A stretch of DNA of 63,568 bases, filler included, from Hyphochytrium catenoides (Eukaryota > Protista > Hyphochytriomycota), in assembly GCA_900088475.1 (NCBI GenBank). It is 11 parts of 11 records of this genome, joined end to end, with 100 filler letters (N's around TTAATTAATTAA, not from the genome) between each part and the next. Parts side by side here need not be neighbours in the genome. Positions count along the whole stretch, not along the records: positions 1 to 5,044 come from FLMG01001168.1; positions 5,145 to 13,794 come from FLMG01002480.1; positions 13,895 to 18,266 come from FLMG01002865.1; 8 more parts are not named here. One strand, written 5' to 3'. Positions 1-18,103 of this stretch are shown here, one piece after another. The notes below the pieces were generated by a model that saw nothing but the letters and a program-made list of their open reading frames with translations, searched no databases and was not told the origin of the DNA. The translations under genes were made by a program, and so were the position numbers. Position 1 is the stretch's first letter. Each line of letters begins with the position of its first letter.

Positions 1-5044
<5,044 letters not shown>

Positions 5045-5144
5045 NNNNNNNNNNNNNNNNNNNNNNNNNNNNNNNNNNNNNNNNNNNNTTAATTAATTAA
5101 NNNNNNNNNNNNNNNNNNNNNNNNNNNNNNNNNNNNNNNNNNNN
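5045..5144. other. Artificial scaffold linker (44N-TTAATTAATTAA-44N)
   Basis: Identical 100-bp linkers also at 13795-13894, 18267-18366, 29465-29564, 35098-35197, 39553-39652, 44475-44574, 46723-46822, 59780-59879 and 62272-62371. The core gives stops in all six frames, and genes are truncated at these points. Confidence 0.98.
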
Positions 5145-6129
5145 AGTTTGTCAAGCGCTTATTGACTACGCGGACCAAGAAGGAAGCGAGAAGGAGAAAA
5201 CGTAAGGAACAGAGAGCGTTAAGGAAGAGTCCTCGCAGCCACTACGGGCCTGAGGCAAGAAAAGAAAGGCCAAAAGAGGCAAGGTGAAGTTCGTCGACAG
5301 AGGCGGAAGCGCTGGACATGGCACAGAGCAAAGATAAGAAGCTAGCAAGACGAAAGCCTGAACCGAGCTAGACCGCCGCTTGGCGTTCGATTAAGGAAAG
5401 ATAGAAGTGCGAGGCCAATGGCAAGAGGCTATCAGCGACAGAATGCGAACTGGAGGCCGCTGAATCAAAGTGAAGCTTCAGAGCCCTGGAAAGCCCGTGG
5501 GAGGAGTAGAAGAAGAGGGCAAACACATACTCGGGGGACACATCGCACGGAAAGACAGGAGGACACGAGGGAGAGACAGAAGAGAGAAAGGATGGAAGAG
5601 TGCTAGAGGGGTGAAGGGTGAAGAGAGAGACCGAGAGAGTGGAAGAAGAGAGAAAAGGAAAGAGACTGAGAGTGATACATACACATGTTCAGATGTCTGT
5701 TGGAGCTGGAGACATTGATTGCTACGTTAGCATCTCCATAGCAAACCGGCTCCCCTGCAGCTTTGCCTACGTTCTCAAAAATCACCTGCAGTGACCCCGG
5801 AGCTCCGGCTGGTCGGGGGCCGATGTATCCTTTGAGCAAAGGACGAGCGAGATTAGTAGAGAAGACAGTCTAGGCGGTGATAAAACCCGATGGTAAGGAG
5901 CAAGTGGAGGTAGAGAGGGGCAAGACAGAGAGAGAGAGAGAGAGAGAGTAAGAGAGAGACAGTGAGAGAGAGCGAGAGAAAGTAAAAGTGAGAGAGAGAG
6001 AAAGAATGGCGCCTAATAGGGCGACTATGGAATGCTAACGGGACATGAGGAAGAGGCGGCTTAGAGAAATTCCATAATAAAGCGGACTGATAAGAGGGCG
6101 GCAATGGCCACACCAGCCTCCTTCCCTCC

Positions 6130-6160
<31 letters not shown>

Positions 6161-6531
6161 ACACACACACACGGTACACACAGCTATCTGGGGGCTGCCT
6201 CACCTGTGATGCCTCCCGTCTTATTGTTCCAGACCTGTCCATCCTGGTTGACGAGGACAACCTCCTGACCATAGCGCAGCACACTGCCGGAGGGAGACTT
6301 CTGAAAGGGATCCAGCACCGTGAACACTTCCTCTGTGAACATGCTCGCCTCATAATGAGGACCAATAGGAGGAACCTGGCGTAGTGATATACGAAGGAGA
6401 GAGCAACGAAGAGAGAGAGAGAGAGAGTGTGTACATGCGCGTGTGAGGGGGCGAGGGGGAGAGAGAGAGAGAGAAAGATTGAGAAAAAGGGAGAGAAAGT
6501 GAGTTTGTGTGTGTGTGTGTGTTGTGTGGGA

Positions 6532-6569
<38 letters not shown>

Positions 6570-7035
6570 GANNNNNNNNNNNNNNNNNNNNNNNNNNNNG
6601 AGAGAGAGAGAGAGAGAGAGGATTGATGAGAGAGGGTTGTTGAGAGAAACAGCGAGAGCCATATAGTTGGAGAGACAACAAGCCTGCAAGAGGGAAGTCG
6701 GGTAGCTGAGAAGCAAACACAGCAATTAATCGAGAGAAGCAGAGAGGAGAGCCTTGAAAGAGAAAGACATCCAAGATGTGGAGGCGCAAGAATAACAGAG
6801 GATGCAGAGAGTAATGAGAGGACCACGGGGAGAGACAGGCCAGAATCTGAGACAGGAGAAAGCAGCTTAGCTCGGCTACCGCGGTCAAGATCCCATGCTT
6901 TCCCTTCTTATCAAAGTATCCAAGGTATCCTCCCTTCTTCTTCAAGGTCTCGGGCACCTTGTACGTCGTCTCAGCCCAGAGCTTGACTTTATCTCCGTAC
7001 TTGACAGGCGCGGCGCTCACGTCAGCAGGAGCCAT
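5145..7035 (-). CDS. Uncharacterised protein, N-terminal part, with three V-x-Y-G-[DQ] repeats (MIR/beta-trefoil-like); 3'-partial
   Basis: Exons 6880-7035, 6204-6375, 5683-5829 and 5145-5165 splice in phase: MAPADVSAAPVKYGDKVKLW...GILTA/VPPIG...VLRYGQEVVLVNQDGQVWNNKTGGITG/YIGPRPAG...VCYGDANVAINVSSSNRHLNM/FNKRLTN. Confidence 0.8.
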
Positions 7036-7508
7036 CTCTCCTCCTTTCGCTCGTCCTCTCTCTTCGCTCTGAGAGGTTGCTGCGGAGAGGAATGAGGGAG
7101 AGAGAGGGAGAAAGCAAGAGAATGGCAGACAGCGAGAGAGAGACGAGAAGCTATATGCAGTGTAAAGATGCGTGTCTGCGGGCAGACGCTGCCTGAAGAC
7201 ACGCCTCAATCTTTTTATCTGTCTCCTACCTCTTCTTATGTCGGAGCTTTACTTGTAGATGTTCCAGACGTGGGCGAGCAGAAGAGAAACCAAAAGGAGG
7301 AGAGAGTAGAGGAAGAGAAAGAGAGCGAGAGAGAGCATGCGAGCGAGTTAGCGAGCGAGAAACAAGGGAGAGANNNNNNNNNNNNNNNNNNNNNNNNNNN
7401 NNNNNNNNNNNNNNNNNNNNNNNNNNNNNNNNNNNNNNNNNNNNNNNNNNNNNNNNNNNNNNNNNNNNNNNNNNNNNNNNNNNGAAAGAGAGAGAGAGAG
7501 AGAAAGAA

Positions 7509-7541
<33 letters not shown>

Positions 7542-7760
7542 ACGTGAAGCAGCAAGCAACGAAAGAGAGGCAACAGAAAAACGCTAGAACGGCCAGATTT
7601 TGAGGGTTTCTATCCCTTACAAAGGATATTACTATCCCAAACCCCCGCACTTAGACTAAGCTTAATCGCCGGACCCACGGCGTACTACTATACACAAAGT
7701 TCGGATATCATCCGCTAACGCCGAGGATCGGAAGCCTGGGAGCAGCTGACCTCGGCCCGT

Positions 7761-7790
7761 TGGGACGCTGGGACGCTGGGACGCTGGGAA
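7761..7790. repeat. 9-bp tandem repeat (TGGGACGCT-type) x3
   Basis: tgggacgctgggacgctgggacgctggga read directly. Confidence 0.8.
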
Positions 7791-8506
7791 CAGGGAAGAA
7801 GAAGCGGAAGAACTCAGGCCGCCTCTTCTTGTTAATATTATTAGCAGAGTATCCGTCATCCAGCGATCGAAGAAGAAGCCCAAGCTTATTAGCAGCCTGG
7901 CATGTGCAAGATAGACCTGGTCCTTGCCTCTGGTACAGCTGGCAGGGCGCGATGAGCCGAAGTTCCCAGAAGAGAAGAAGGAGAGCTCACGCTGTACCGG
8001 CAATAGCTCAACTTCGCTGCTGCCTCTCCCAGCCTAGCTGGTGGTAGGAGTAGTCTTATATGCCAGCAGTGCCTAATCTCCTCAGCTTGACAGTGCGTGC
8101 GGAGCGAAGAGTTTGCACAAATGAGGTGGTCGTGGGTAGATTGTTGTCAAGAACAATGTGGCCGACTGCTCATTGTTATTGCTAATACTAAAGAGTTGCT
8201 TAAAATGGTCCTCCTGGCGCCAATCCGGCTTCCTTCGCTCACTCAGCCTAGGATACTACTACCCTGTGCATACTGAGATGATGAGCGCCGGAGAAAACTC
8301 TATTGGCAGAATTAGAAGTTAGACTCAGGGAAATGAAGAGGTTGCCTACTAGCATGCAAGAGCAGCTAATGCGTTGTTGTTGCGTGCATAGCCTGAACCG
8401 AAGGCGATGATGATGCTCGGAGGCAGCAAGCAGTAGCACTATTACTGTTGGTCACCTCTGCCTTCTTACTCAGACTCGTACAACCTTCTTCTTCCACGCT
8501 TCGCTA

Positions 8507-8572
8507 TAAATATAGTCTAATCGGAACCCTGATGAAGAATAAATATAGTCTAATCGGAACCCTGATGAAGAA
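8507..8572. repeat. Perfect 33-bp tandem duplication
   Basis: taaatatagtctaatcggaaccctgatgaagaa at 8507-8539 and 8540-8572. Confidence 0.9.
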
Positions 8573-9443
8573 GATTGCCGAAGAAGTAGGAGAAGACTCA
8601 TTATGGAGGATCCTCCTAAAGTCCAATAGTGCGTTCTTTCTCTTTCCTGAGTCATCATCACTTCAACCCGCTCTCTTTCCTGTTCTGCATCCCAGCGCCC
8701 AACTTCAAACAGACGGTGGGGTCGAGATAAGGACTGACCTTGCTGTTTGTGTCACTCCATTATTATTCCCTAGAATAGAACTAGTATCGGTATGAAAGTG
8801 AGCTACCAGCAGGACGGGCCAAAGTTGTTTCTCGAACCACAGCCATGAGCGCGGCTCAATGAATGGCAAAAGAGAGCAACCTCGGCTGGGTGACAGAGAG
8901 CTTAACTGCCACAACAGCCCCCACAACCAGGGCCACGACGCGCCATCACCAGGGAACTAGGTTGCTGGATGGCACAGACCCGGAACGGAGGGCAACTCAT
9001 AGCTCTATTAGACAAGCAGCAGCAATCGACGAAGGCTCAAGAGAAAGCTAACTTTAAACAGACACGATAGGCAGGACGGTCGTTTCCATCAGTCTTAACA
9101 CTCCAAGGAGGAAAGTTGCGAAAAGTAATCTTTATCCTTAGACTTTATCGAGCACTTCCTTCAACCAGGCAGGCTCAAAAATTAGCAATGACAGAATGGC
9201 TGAATAGGGGAACAACGAATGCAGATATTAGGATAAGGGCTTCGGTGGCAGGACTTATTGATTTTTCTCTAGCTTCATTATAATTATCAGCTTACTGCTT
9301 AGACCCGTTTTGCTCTTCTTTCTAATAAAGCTAGTGAAAGAGGAGAAGGAACATCAGTGGAGTTGGACGGAGCCCAAGCAATATATCTCCGTTGTCCGGT
9401 TTACGATAGCTTTATTAGAAAGAAGAGAGAAAGGGTATAGCTT

Positions 9444-9945
9444 CTAATCGCTTTCAGAGCCAAGACTATTAGCACTTTCGTCGTCTGCCCGTTCTGTTTC
9501 TTCATCATCAGTCTCATCACCATCTTCGGGGAAGAGACTAAGCTCCGTAAGCGCTTCTGCGACAAGAGAAGCAGTGTTAAGGGTTCCAAAGGTCACAACC
9601 GGCCATTCCTGTGCTTCACATCAAACATCAAAGGGCTAATAAGAGGCTGACGCTCTTCCCTGCTTCTGACTTTCAGGAAGAGAAGAAGTGGGTACAAGGT
9701 AAAAGAGGTAAGGGGCGAAAGTGTAGGAGATAAAGAGACAGAAAACAGATGAGAAACATGAAGATGGAGACCTGCACCCTATAGAGAAATGGTTGCTGGG
9801 ACACAGCTGCAGGAAGGTGGGGGGAGGTGGAGGGAAAGAGGAAAGAGAGCAAGTGACCGACGAGTGGTGGTGGTCGAAAGACAGCAGGCGGCGAAGGAAC
9901 TAGAACTATTACGCTACATGTGGAGAGGGGAGTGTGTCCAGAAAG

Positions 9946-9983
<38 letters not shown>

Positions 9984-10740
9984 ATAGAGAGTGAGAGAGG
10001 TTTAAGCAGAAGTAGAGGGAGACAGGAGAAGAGAGAGAGAGAGTTCTTGAGAAATTTGAGACAAGTGACCGCGAAGGGGGCCCCAAAGGCAATAGGAGAA
10101 CAGGATCCGAGATTATAGTGGGAGAGAGAGAGAGAGAGAAGGAGAGAGGAACAAGAAAATGCTGGTGGGAGAGAGGTATATCAAGTTCAGGGACAATAAA
10201 AAAAAGGCCATAGGACAAGAGAGAGAGAAAAGAGGAGGGAAAGATAGAGAAAGGGCGAAATTGGAAGAGAGGGAAGAGCAAAGGAGAGAGAAAGAGGCAA
10301 AGTGAAGCGGTCACAAAAGAAGATTAAGACAAAAAAGCAAGAAAGAAGAGTAGAGNNNNNNNNNNNNNNNNNNNNNNNNNNNNNNNNNNNNNNNNNNNNN
10401 NNNNNNNNNNNNNNNNNNNNNNNNNNNNNNNNNNNNNNNNNNNNNNNNNNNNNNNNNNNNNNNNNNNNNNNNNNNNNNNNNNNNNNNNNNNNNNNNNNNN
10501 NNNNNNNNNNNNNNNNNNNNNNNNNNNNNNNNNNNNNNNNNNNNNNNNNNNNNNNNNNNNNNNNAGAGTGAGAGACACAGTGAAAAGAAGGGAGAGAGAG
10601 AGAGAGAGAGAGGGAGAGAGGAGAGAGAAGAGAAAGGTTCTCAGCAAAGGGAAGGCGCAGAGCAAAACTGATACTGAGTGGCAGACAGATTCGAAAGGAA
10701 TTCAATTGGACGGGAAGAGAGAAGATCAGACAAGACAGCG

Positions 10741-10784
<44 letters not shown>

Positions 10785-11004
10785 AAGGAAGAGAGAGTGA
10801 AGAGGAAGAGGTGGAAGAGGAGGGATAGAGGCGGATAGCAGGTGCATAGCCATGGAAAAAAGAGATAAGACAGGGAGAGAGAGTCCCAACGATGCGGAAC
10901 CTTCGGAGGAAGAAAGGGTAATAGGGAAGAATAAGAGTGAGAGAGAGAGAGAGATAGATAGATAGAGATAGATAGATAGATAGAGAGAGAGGAGAGAGAT
11001 AGAG

Positions 11005-11038
<34 letters not shown>

Positions 11039-11196
11039 AGGAGAGGGAGAGAGAGAGGGGAATGGGGAACAGAGAGAGAGAAAGAGCGGAATTGTGAGCG
11101 AGTGAGTACGCGATCTCTGACCTCTCTATAGCGGCTGACGCCTTTGTAATCAAACTCCAGCACCAACATTGGCTTCTCCGAAGTAGAGTTCGACAT
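9444..11196 (-). CDS. Possible small hypothetical protein (first and last exons only)
   Basis: Candidate first exon from ATG 11196 (MSNSTSEKPMLVLEFDYKGVSRYRE). Candidate terminal exon 9444-9608 after a cag acceptor (EWPVVTFGTLNTASLVAEALTELSLFPEDGDETDDEE...*). Between them is CT-rich intron-like DNA and a 209-N gap. Confidence 0.35.
10951..11025. repeat. (AGAT)n/(GA)n compound microsatellite
   Basis: gatagatagatagatag runs interleaved with GA repeats. Confidence 0.85.
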
Positions 11197-11671
11197 TTTT
11201 CTCTCTCTCTCTTTTTCTCTCTCTCTCTCTTTATCTTCTTGGTCTATTGCTCCTTGTGATCTCTCTCGCACCGTCAAAGTCGCACTCATTTCTCTCTTTT
11301 GAGAATGTGCAACCTAGGGAACAGGCGGGATGAGCGGCCACAGAGAGAGAGAGAGACAGAGGAAGAGAAGAAGGGACTTTTGACTGGTTGGAAAGAGACA
11401 GCTCTCCTCTCTTTCACGGAACGCTTTCTTTCTCTCTCTTTGTTGGTCCTTTCTCTCGTTGCTTTATGTTAGGTATTGGGCTAGCTCCCTTCTCCCTCTC
11501 TCTCTCTCTCTCTCTCCTTTCCTCTCCCGCGGGACCGCTAGCCGCAGGCTTGCAGCGTCAACTTTCGGAATCTCTTCAGTAGAAAGAACGGCTTGTTGTT
11601 GCCTTGAGGTCGCTTGGTCTCTCCCTCTCCCTCTCTCTCGCTCTCTCTCTCCCTCTCTCCCTCGGATAGAG

Positions 11672-11702
<31 letters not shown>

Positions 11703-11910
11703 CCCTCTGGTGTACGCGTGTCATGCGGGCAGCTGGTAGAGGGAGAAGCCAGCTAACTTCCGGACAGTCACGATCCTCTTCCTCTGGAAAATGGAGCTCT
11801 TCTCATCTGTATTTTTACCCGCTGCCGTTCACTCACTCTCTCTTTCTCTCTGTCCCTCACTTTCTCACTTTCTTTCTCTTGTTCTCCTTCTTTCTAACCC
11901 TTCTCATCCG

Positions 11911-11956
<46 letters not shown>

Positions 11957-12182
11957 TTCTCTCTCTTCTCTCTCTCTCCATGTTGATGTCTATCCTTTCT
12001 TCCTGCTCCAACTGTACTCTTCGCTGCCCTGAGCCTTCTACGCCAACTCTTTCATCGAAGATTTGCCACTGCATATCTCCCCCCGCCTCTCTTTCTCTCT
12101 CTCTCATTCCATTCGCTCCCCTCCCTCCCTCTCTCTCTCTGTCTGTCTTTGTCTCTGTCTCTCTCTCTGTCTGTCTCTGTCT

Positions 12183-12232
<50 letters not shown>

Positions 12233-12938
12233 TTCTCTCTTTCGTTCGCACACAATCTCTATCCTAACAGATGCGAGTAACCGACAGAGTGGGTGGGGCA
12301 CTCTATCCGAGTACGAACTGCAATGTCTGCGTGGTGCGTGCGGGGTGGGTGGGACGGTTTGTGAGGATGCGACTGTGAGTGTGAAACCATCAGAACAGAA
12401 GGCAAAAGTCCGCTATATGAATATCTAGGGTCATAACCCATGTAACCTATACTGGACTATTATTAGACAGAGTACCGTGTCTAATGACCCAACCCTATTG
12501 TGGGTCATATGGGCTTCATGTTATAGGTGCTGTGTAGGTCATCATGGGTTTATTGGGTGAGAGATAGGGTAGCGGACTTCAAAGAACGGACACAACAGTT
12601 ATGTTGAGGGAGAGAGAGAGAAGAGAGAGAGAGNNNNNNNNNNNNNNNNNNNNNNNNNNNNNNNNNNNNNNNNNNNNNNNNNNNNNNNNNNAGAGAGAGA
12701 GAGAGAGAGAACAAGAGAGAGCAGAAGGAAAGAGAAGATGAGAAGAGAGAGAGATTTAAGGAGGGGAAGAGAAGAGGTCAGGAAAGGAGGATGAGAGGGA
12801 AGAGTGCACGGACGAAGATCCAGGAGAGGAACGTTGCAAGAGAGCAGAGACAAGCAAATGGAAACGAGAAAATGGAGAGGGGAGAGCGAGAGAGAGCGAG
12901 AGAAAGAGGACGAGGGAAATCAAAGGGAACCAAGAGAG

Positions 12939-12977
<39 letters not shown>

Positions 12978-15900
12978 GACGAAGAAAGCGCAAAAGGGAC
13001 AGAGAGAGACCCGACCGGCAGCCCAATAACCGCAACAACTTCAAGTAAGCCGAGGACACTCCCTACTGTCGCTCTACTTTGGCTGCTGCAGTTACTCTCT
13101 CTCTGCCAAGTCTATCTCTCCCTCTTCCTCTCTCTTCTTTCTCTCTCTCTCTCTCTCTCTTTTCTGTCTCTCTGTCTGTTCTCTACCAAGCGATGCCGCT
13201 CGGTTGTTTATCTTTCTTTCTCTTCTCTGCAGCACCCGCATCTGACTACCAATCTGCCAAAAGCATCGCTCTGTCATCTTGTCTATCGCATTTCTAAAGA
13301 TCCTTTCCCTCTCTCTCTCCTACTCTCTCCTTCCCTCTCTCTCTCTCTCTCTCTTTTCTTTTCCAGCATGTAAGACTGCTCCTCCTTATTTTTTCTGTGT
13401 CCATCTCTCTTCTTTTCTCTTGGTTCTGTGCTCCGATAACGCGAGATCTTCTTCTGCACTATCATCGTGTGTTCGTCACCCACGGAGCAACAGCCTCTCT
13501 CTCTCTTTCTCTCTACCGTTCCTTTCCTATATCGTGTTTGCGCTCGCTTCTCTCCCATTCTCTTCTCTCTCTTTTCTCTCTCTCTTCTGGTTTCTGATGT
13601 TAAAGGAGGCATTGGTATCCTCGGGGCAATAAGAGGAAGAGTTGACAGGATCCTGCAAAGTGGAGAGATAAAGAGAAGGAAGGACCGGACCTACTAGAAA
13701 AGAGAGAGAAAGAGAGAGAAAGAGAGAGAAAGAGAGAGAATAGATGGAGGACGAAGGTTGTCCTATCACCTCCACTGCTCGCACTCCCTCTCTCNNNNNN
13801 NNNNNNNNNNNNNNNNNNNNNNNNNNNNNNNNNNNNNNTTAATTAATTAANNNNNNNNNNNNNNNNNNNNNNNNNNNNNNNNNNNNNNNNNNNNCGAGGA
13901 CCGACCGTCAACACGACTGAGGTAAATGTTTTCCATGTTACGATCGAGGAGGAAGCTCGAACAAGCCCTGAACTGGTACTAATAAGTAGGTAGTTATGGC
14001 ACATACAGACGACAGCGACGGAAGGGGTGCGGGGCATGCATGCAAGCCCAATGCTTACTTGTGGTATGATAGCTTGCCACCAACAAGTAACCTTGCGCGT
14101 TTGCTTCATGCGGGCAACAAGCTTTGAACTTTGTGCACTTGGTTGTGACGGCAGCGTTGATATATCCTATTGATTATTACTATGCCAGACGGGTTTATAT
14201 AATGGGATGATCCCTGATAAAGTCCATCATCACACCTTGTTGTTGGGCACTGTCCCTGCTGCTGCTGGAGTGAGAGCAATATAGGGGGACGCTGCAGAAG
14301 TAAGAAGAAGAGATCATCAGAGCGACGATGACGAGGAGTAGTAACGTCTCTTTCTTCTTCCATCTTCAATTCTTGTGCTGTCTAGGGACAGCAGACTTCA
14401 TCAATTGAACATTCAGCGTTGTAGTGCCCAGGAGGAGGAGATGATGGTCGCCGCGCCATGCCTATTCCCATCGCTCCAGCTCTCAAGACAGAGAAGAAGA
14501 GATCGGGCAGCAGACGCCAGCTTCTTGTTGCAGGTGCTGCTGGTGTTGGAGAAGGAGGAGGAGGCTCATGCAGAATAACAAACACGGAAAGAAGAAAAAA
14601 ACGCTCCATCAAGCTGGGGCAGCTTCAGCAGGGCTTTATTTATTTATGAGGAGTTTGTACAGTTTGGATGTAGTTCTATACTCTCTCTCTCTCAGTGTAG
14701 GCTCATAGCCCCAGAGGAAACCACCACAAGTTAATAAACGTCGAATTTCTTTTTATTTTATATAAAAACAAGATAAAACGACTCTCTCTCTCTACTACTG
14801 AACCAAAGGCTCCCATTTTATAATCGCCAAATTAGCGTGTCTAATAAAGCTAGTAAAAGCCCAACTTACCACACTTTATAAAAAAAAACACTGTAACGGA
14901 CATTTGTAGCGTTACCGGCTCTCTGTTGCGCCTGATAACAGGTGGAGCAGCCAAGACAGCTGGAGAATAAGTTACATTGATCTTCTAGGGGTCTCTTCTG
15001 CTCGCTCCCTCAGAGAAGAGGAGGAGGGGACGATGATGTGTCGGCTCCACCTGCAGTAGGAACTAGTAGCTTTCTACCGACAGTCTTCAGGATAGAGCAG
15101 AGCAGCTCCTTCTCCTCCTCCGGAGATGCCATCAGGCAGTTCATTCGACCAAGGATGAGGAGGAGGAGAGGGGAGGAGGGAACAAAGAGGGAGCAACGGG
15201 GACAGAAAGAACGCAGAAGCAAGAAGAAGGCCCACCACCACCCTTCTCCTTCCACCTTCAGACACAAGCAAACAAACAGCAACCTGCAGAGTGGACAGTG
15301 AGCGAAGCTTTCTCCTTCACCCTTATCCTCCTTCCTTCCCGCCTCTCTTTGATTTGCAGTATCCAATAACCTGTTTGTTGGGCTGAAGACCATACAACAG
15401 CAATTGATGTGTCTTGATAACGTAAACAACATCAGAGAATCAAGGCACGGCAATAAGCAGGGCACAGCAACATCATCAAACCCTTCACTATGTTAACTTG
15501 GTCATACTTAGTAATAACTGACGCAACTTATCTCATGGCAAACTACGTTGCTTTTTTTCTTCTCTCTGTCATAAGCATCACCCACCAGCTATTACTTCTT
15601 GACAACAGAACCCCTATTCTTCTACAATCTCTTCAATCATGATGGGGAAGACGATGAGTATGTTTGCACCATCATCATACCAATGGAACAACACTTATCA
15701 TCTAATGTTAACAACAGTCCTGCCACCAAAGGTTAGCATTTCTTCTTCTGCTTGTATCACTACGTTTCTGGCTGAATGAAGAAGGCTGTAAGTCTTAGGG
15801 AGCAGTAGCAAGGTCTGCCTCGGCTGCCTGTGACGCAAAGCCATCGCTAGTCTATCCTTTTTACCTCCAACAAGCAATTGGCCAGTTTTCTACCTCCTTG

Positions 15901-16283
15901 CGTTTCCATTGTCGTGGGTGGTGGAGGGTGGGCGGCTACGTCATTCAGGTGCTACCTCCAAGAACAGAAATTTGAACTCTTTCAATTACCAGTGACGTCC
16001 TACCGCCACGAGGAACGACTTTGCAGGGTACTCGATTAACTCGTAACGCGATTCAAGAGGCGCAGAATAAGACAGCAGGAGTTGGTGCCGATATGCTATT
16101 ATCTTGGGAATGTCTTCCTCCAGCTTTTGATTGATGACCTTCAAAGGTTCTGTGCGGAAGACTTGATCTCTAATAGGCAGCTTCTTGCCCCCCGTGTGGC
16201 GTTGTCGATGACATAATAAGAAACTGGAAGGATGATGCGCTACCTTCTTTAGGAGTGTCAGTCCCTCGACGACCCTTGACAGC

Positions 16284-17553
16284 ATGGCGGCTTCAGGTGA
16301 AGCTCTGCCATCAGGTCCTAGTCACATCCGCCGCGCCTGCTCTTCATCATGGATCGTCAGACCTCTGCCCGAGTACCTCACTACCCGGCTTTCATGCGAC
16401 GGCATTGCCGCTACAACGCTCTTGCCTTCTCAGGCTTCAAGGGTCTACATGAGAAAGCTGCGCAGATCAAGACCATACATAGTTAGCGTTATGCTACTAG
16501 AAAAATTGGCGGCAATCACATTCTTCATCATTCTGCTGGATAAAGATGAGGTTGCTGATGCAAAATCTACCGTGCTGGGTATACTATCAGCTTTATGCTT
16601 TGCTATATACATTCCTGCGATATCCTTGGAGTTCCACTTGGTGCTACTGCTGAGATTGCTGAGCCAGTTTGAGGGCTGGTTCTTTCTTCTTCAGTGTCTG
16701 CCCGCTACTGCATTACTGGCATACTCGAACGTGCGCAGTGGATCTTACGAACGCGGAACGGGGATTGCAGCGGGCCTAGCTGTCATGTCCTGCGTTCCAC
16801 TAATCTGCGACTCCATTCCACAGGTGGGGACCGCAAAGTTTGCGAGTGCATATGGCATCGTGGTGCTGAGGCTGACATCATTCTCTATGATCTGGTAAGC
16901 AATCAGTTTGCTGAGGGCTGATAATAGTCATCTTTTGAGTGCTGAGAAATTTATCTCTTTGACGTTGTTCTGCCATCTGATCGTGCTGCCCTCGCCATTT
17001 CTCTTTGATGACCTACCCAATACCGATGAGTAGTGATTAGGGCACAGCAAACCGTGTCAGTAGCACCAGCCTCGCTTTGGGTTGCAAACGATCTACTGCT
17101 GATTTCCTGCTCTATGATAGGATAGCAAGGCAGCTGTATTTGGAGGATGGCTATTACCAAGGCATGCATCGGACCCATTTCACCATTATCAAGGTACCAG
17201 TCCGTCCTTGGCTCATCGCGGCGGACTGTTTGGTCGCTATCTCTGCACTTCATTTTGTACAAATGTGGAGGAACTATTGTCTCTTGAGGCGTCTTCGTAG
17301 GGGTAGGGAGGTTCTCCGTTTCATGAGGATCAAATGGCCTCTGAAGATGATAGATACGACTGGTCAAACTACTGCGGCACCAGATCTTTCATCATGTCCT
17401 CACAGTGCAGCTGAGAAACCATGCCGACCAAGTCAAGGAAAGGACAAGCACAGCTCAGCTATCCCTCCATCTGGAAATCGCATAGCTAGTATTTCTTCTT
17501 CCAGCGATACAATCTGTCAAAGGCCTGAGGAGGAAGCACCAGCAACAGGGTAA
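16284..17553 (+). CDS. Multi-pass membrane protein of unknown function
   Basis: Exon 16284-16894 (several hydrophobic helices; LLLRLLSQFEGWFFLLQ), intron gtaagc...gatag 16895-17120, exon 17121-17553 (IARQLYLE...WLIAADCLVAISALHFVQMWRNY). Confidence 0.6.
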
Positions 17554-17606
17554 AGTACATCAAAGATAGCTTGAGCGAAGTACTTTGAACAAGCTGACCC
17601 CTCCTA

Positions 17607-18103
17607 TTGCATGATAGACGTAAAGGCATGAAGAAGAGCTACAAGACTTCGGCAGTGCAGACTGCTTGCCACTTGCATGCAAGTGACCATCTTTGGGGGT
17701 TACTGATGAAGAGCTGTACGCTATCCAAAGCCCACAAGAAGACTCATCCACAGCCCTCATCTGCAGGGCCGGCTTCCCCAAAGCATCCAGCGACAAAGGG
17801 TATGGACAAAGAGACGACGACAGCTTGTGTTTTCAGCCTATATGAGCGGGAGCACTGGTTGTCGGGAGCTGCGGTTCTAAGCCTCGTGATTCAAAGCGCT
17901 GGTGCTGTAGCCACCAGCAGCCCAGAATCGGGGCTAATCGGGTTATGCTTTTTCGTGTCCTGTTGCCTCAACGTTGTCCTTCTCTCTTGCGCCCATCCCC
18001 AGCTTCTCATACACCTCGTGAAATCCTTTGATTTCATCGTCATGATTCTCTCCAACCTTGAGTTCTTATTCTGCGCTAGCGCCCTGCTAAGCTGGGATAG
18101 TAG
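17607..18103 (+). CDS. Second related membrane domain (tandem paralog or continuation of the previous gene); partial
   Basis: LLIHLVKSFDFIVMILSNL parallels LLLRLLSQFEGWFFLLQCL of the upstream ORF. Ends at a gtacgt donor at 18104. Confidence 0.45.

Noticed and set aside
5089-5100. Recurring TTAATTAATTAA palindrome
   Set aside because: Always centred in exactly 44+44 Ns, so it is an assembly linker and not biology.
11110-11196. VLEFDYKG recalling the MRS2/CorA N-terminus
   Set aside because: No GMN motif or MRS2 core exons found downstream.
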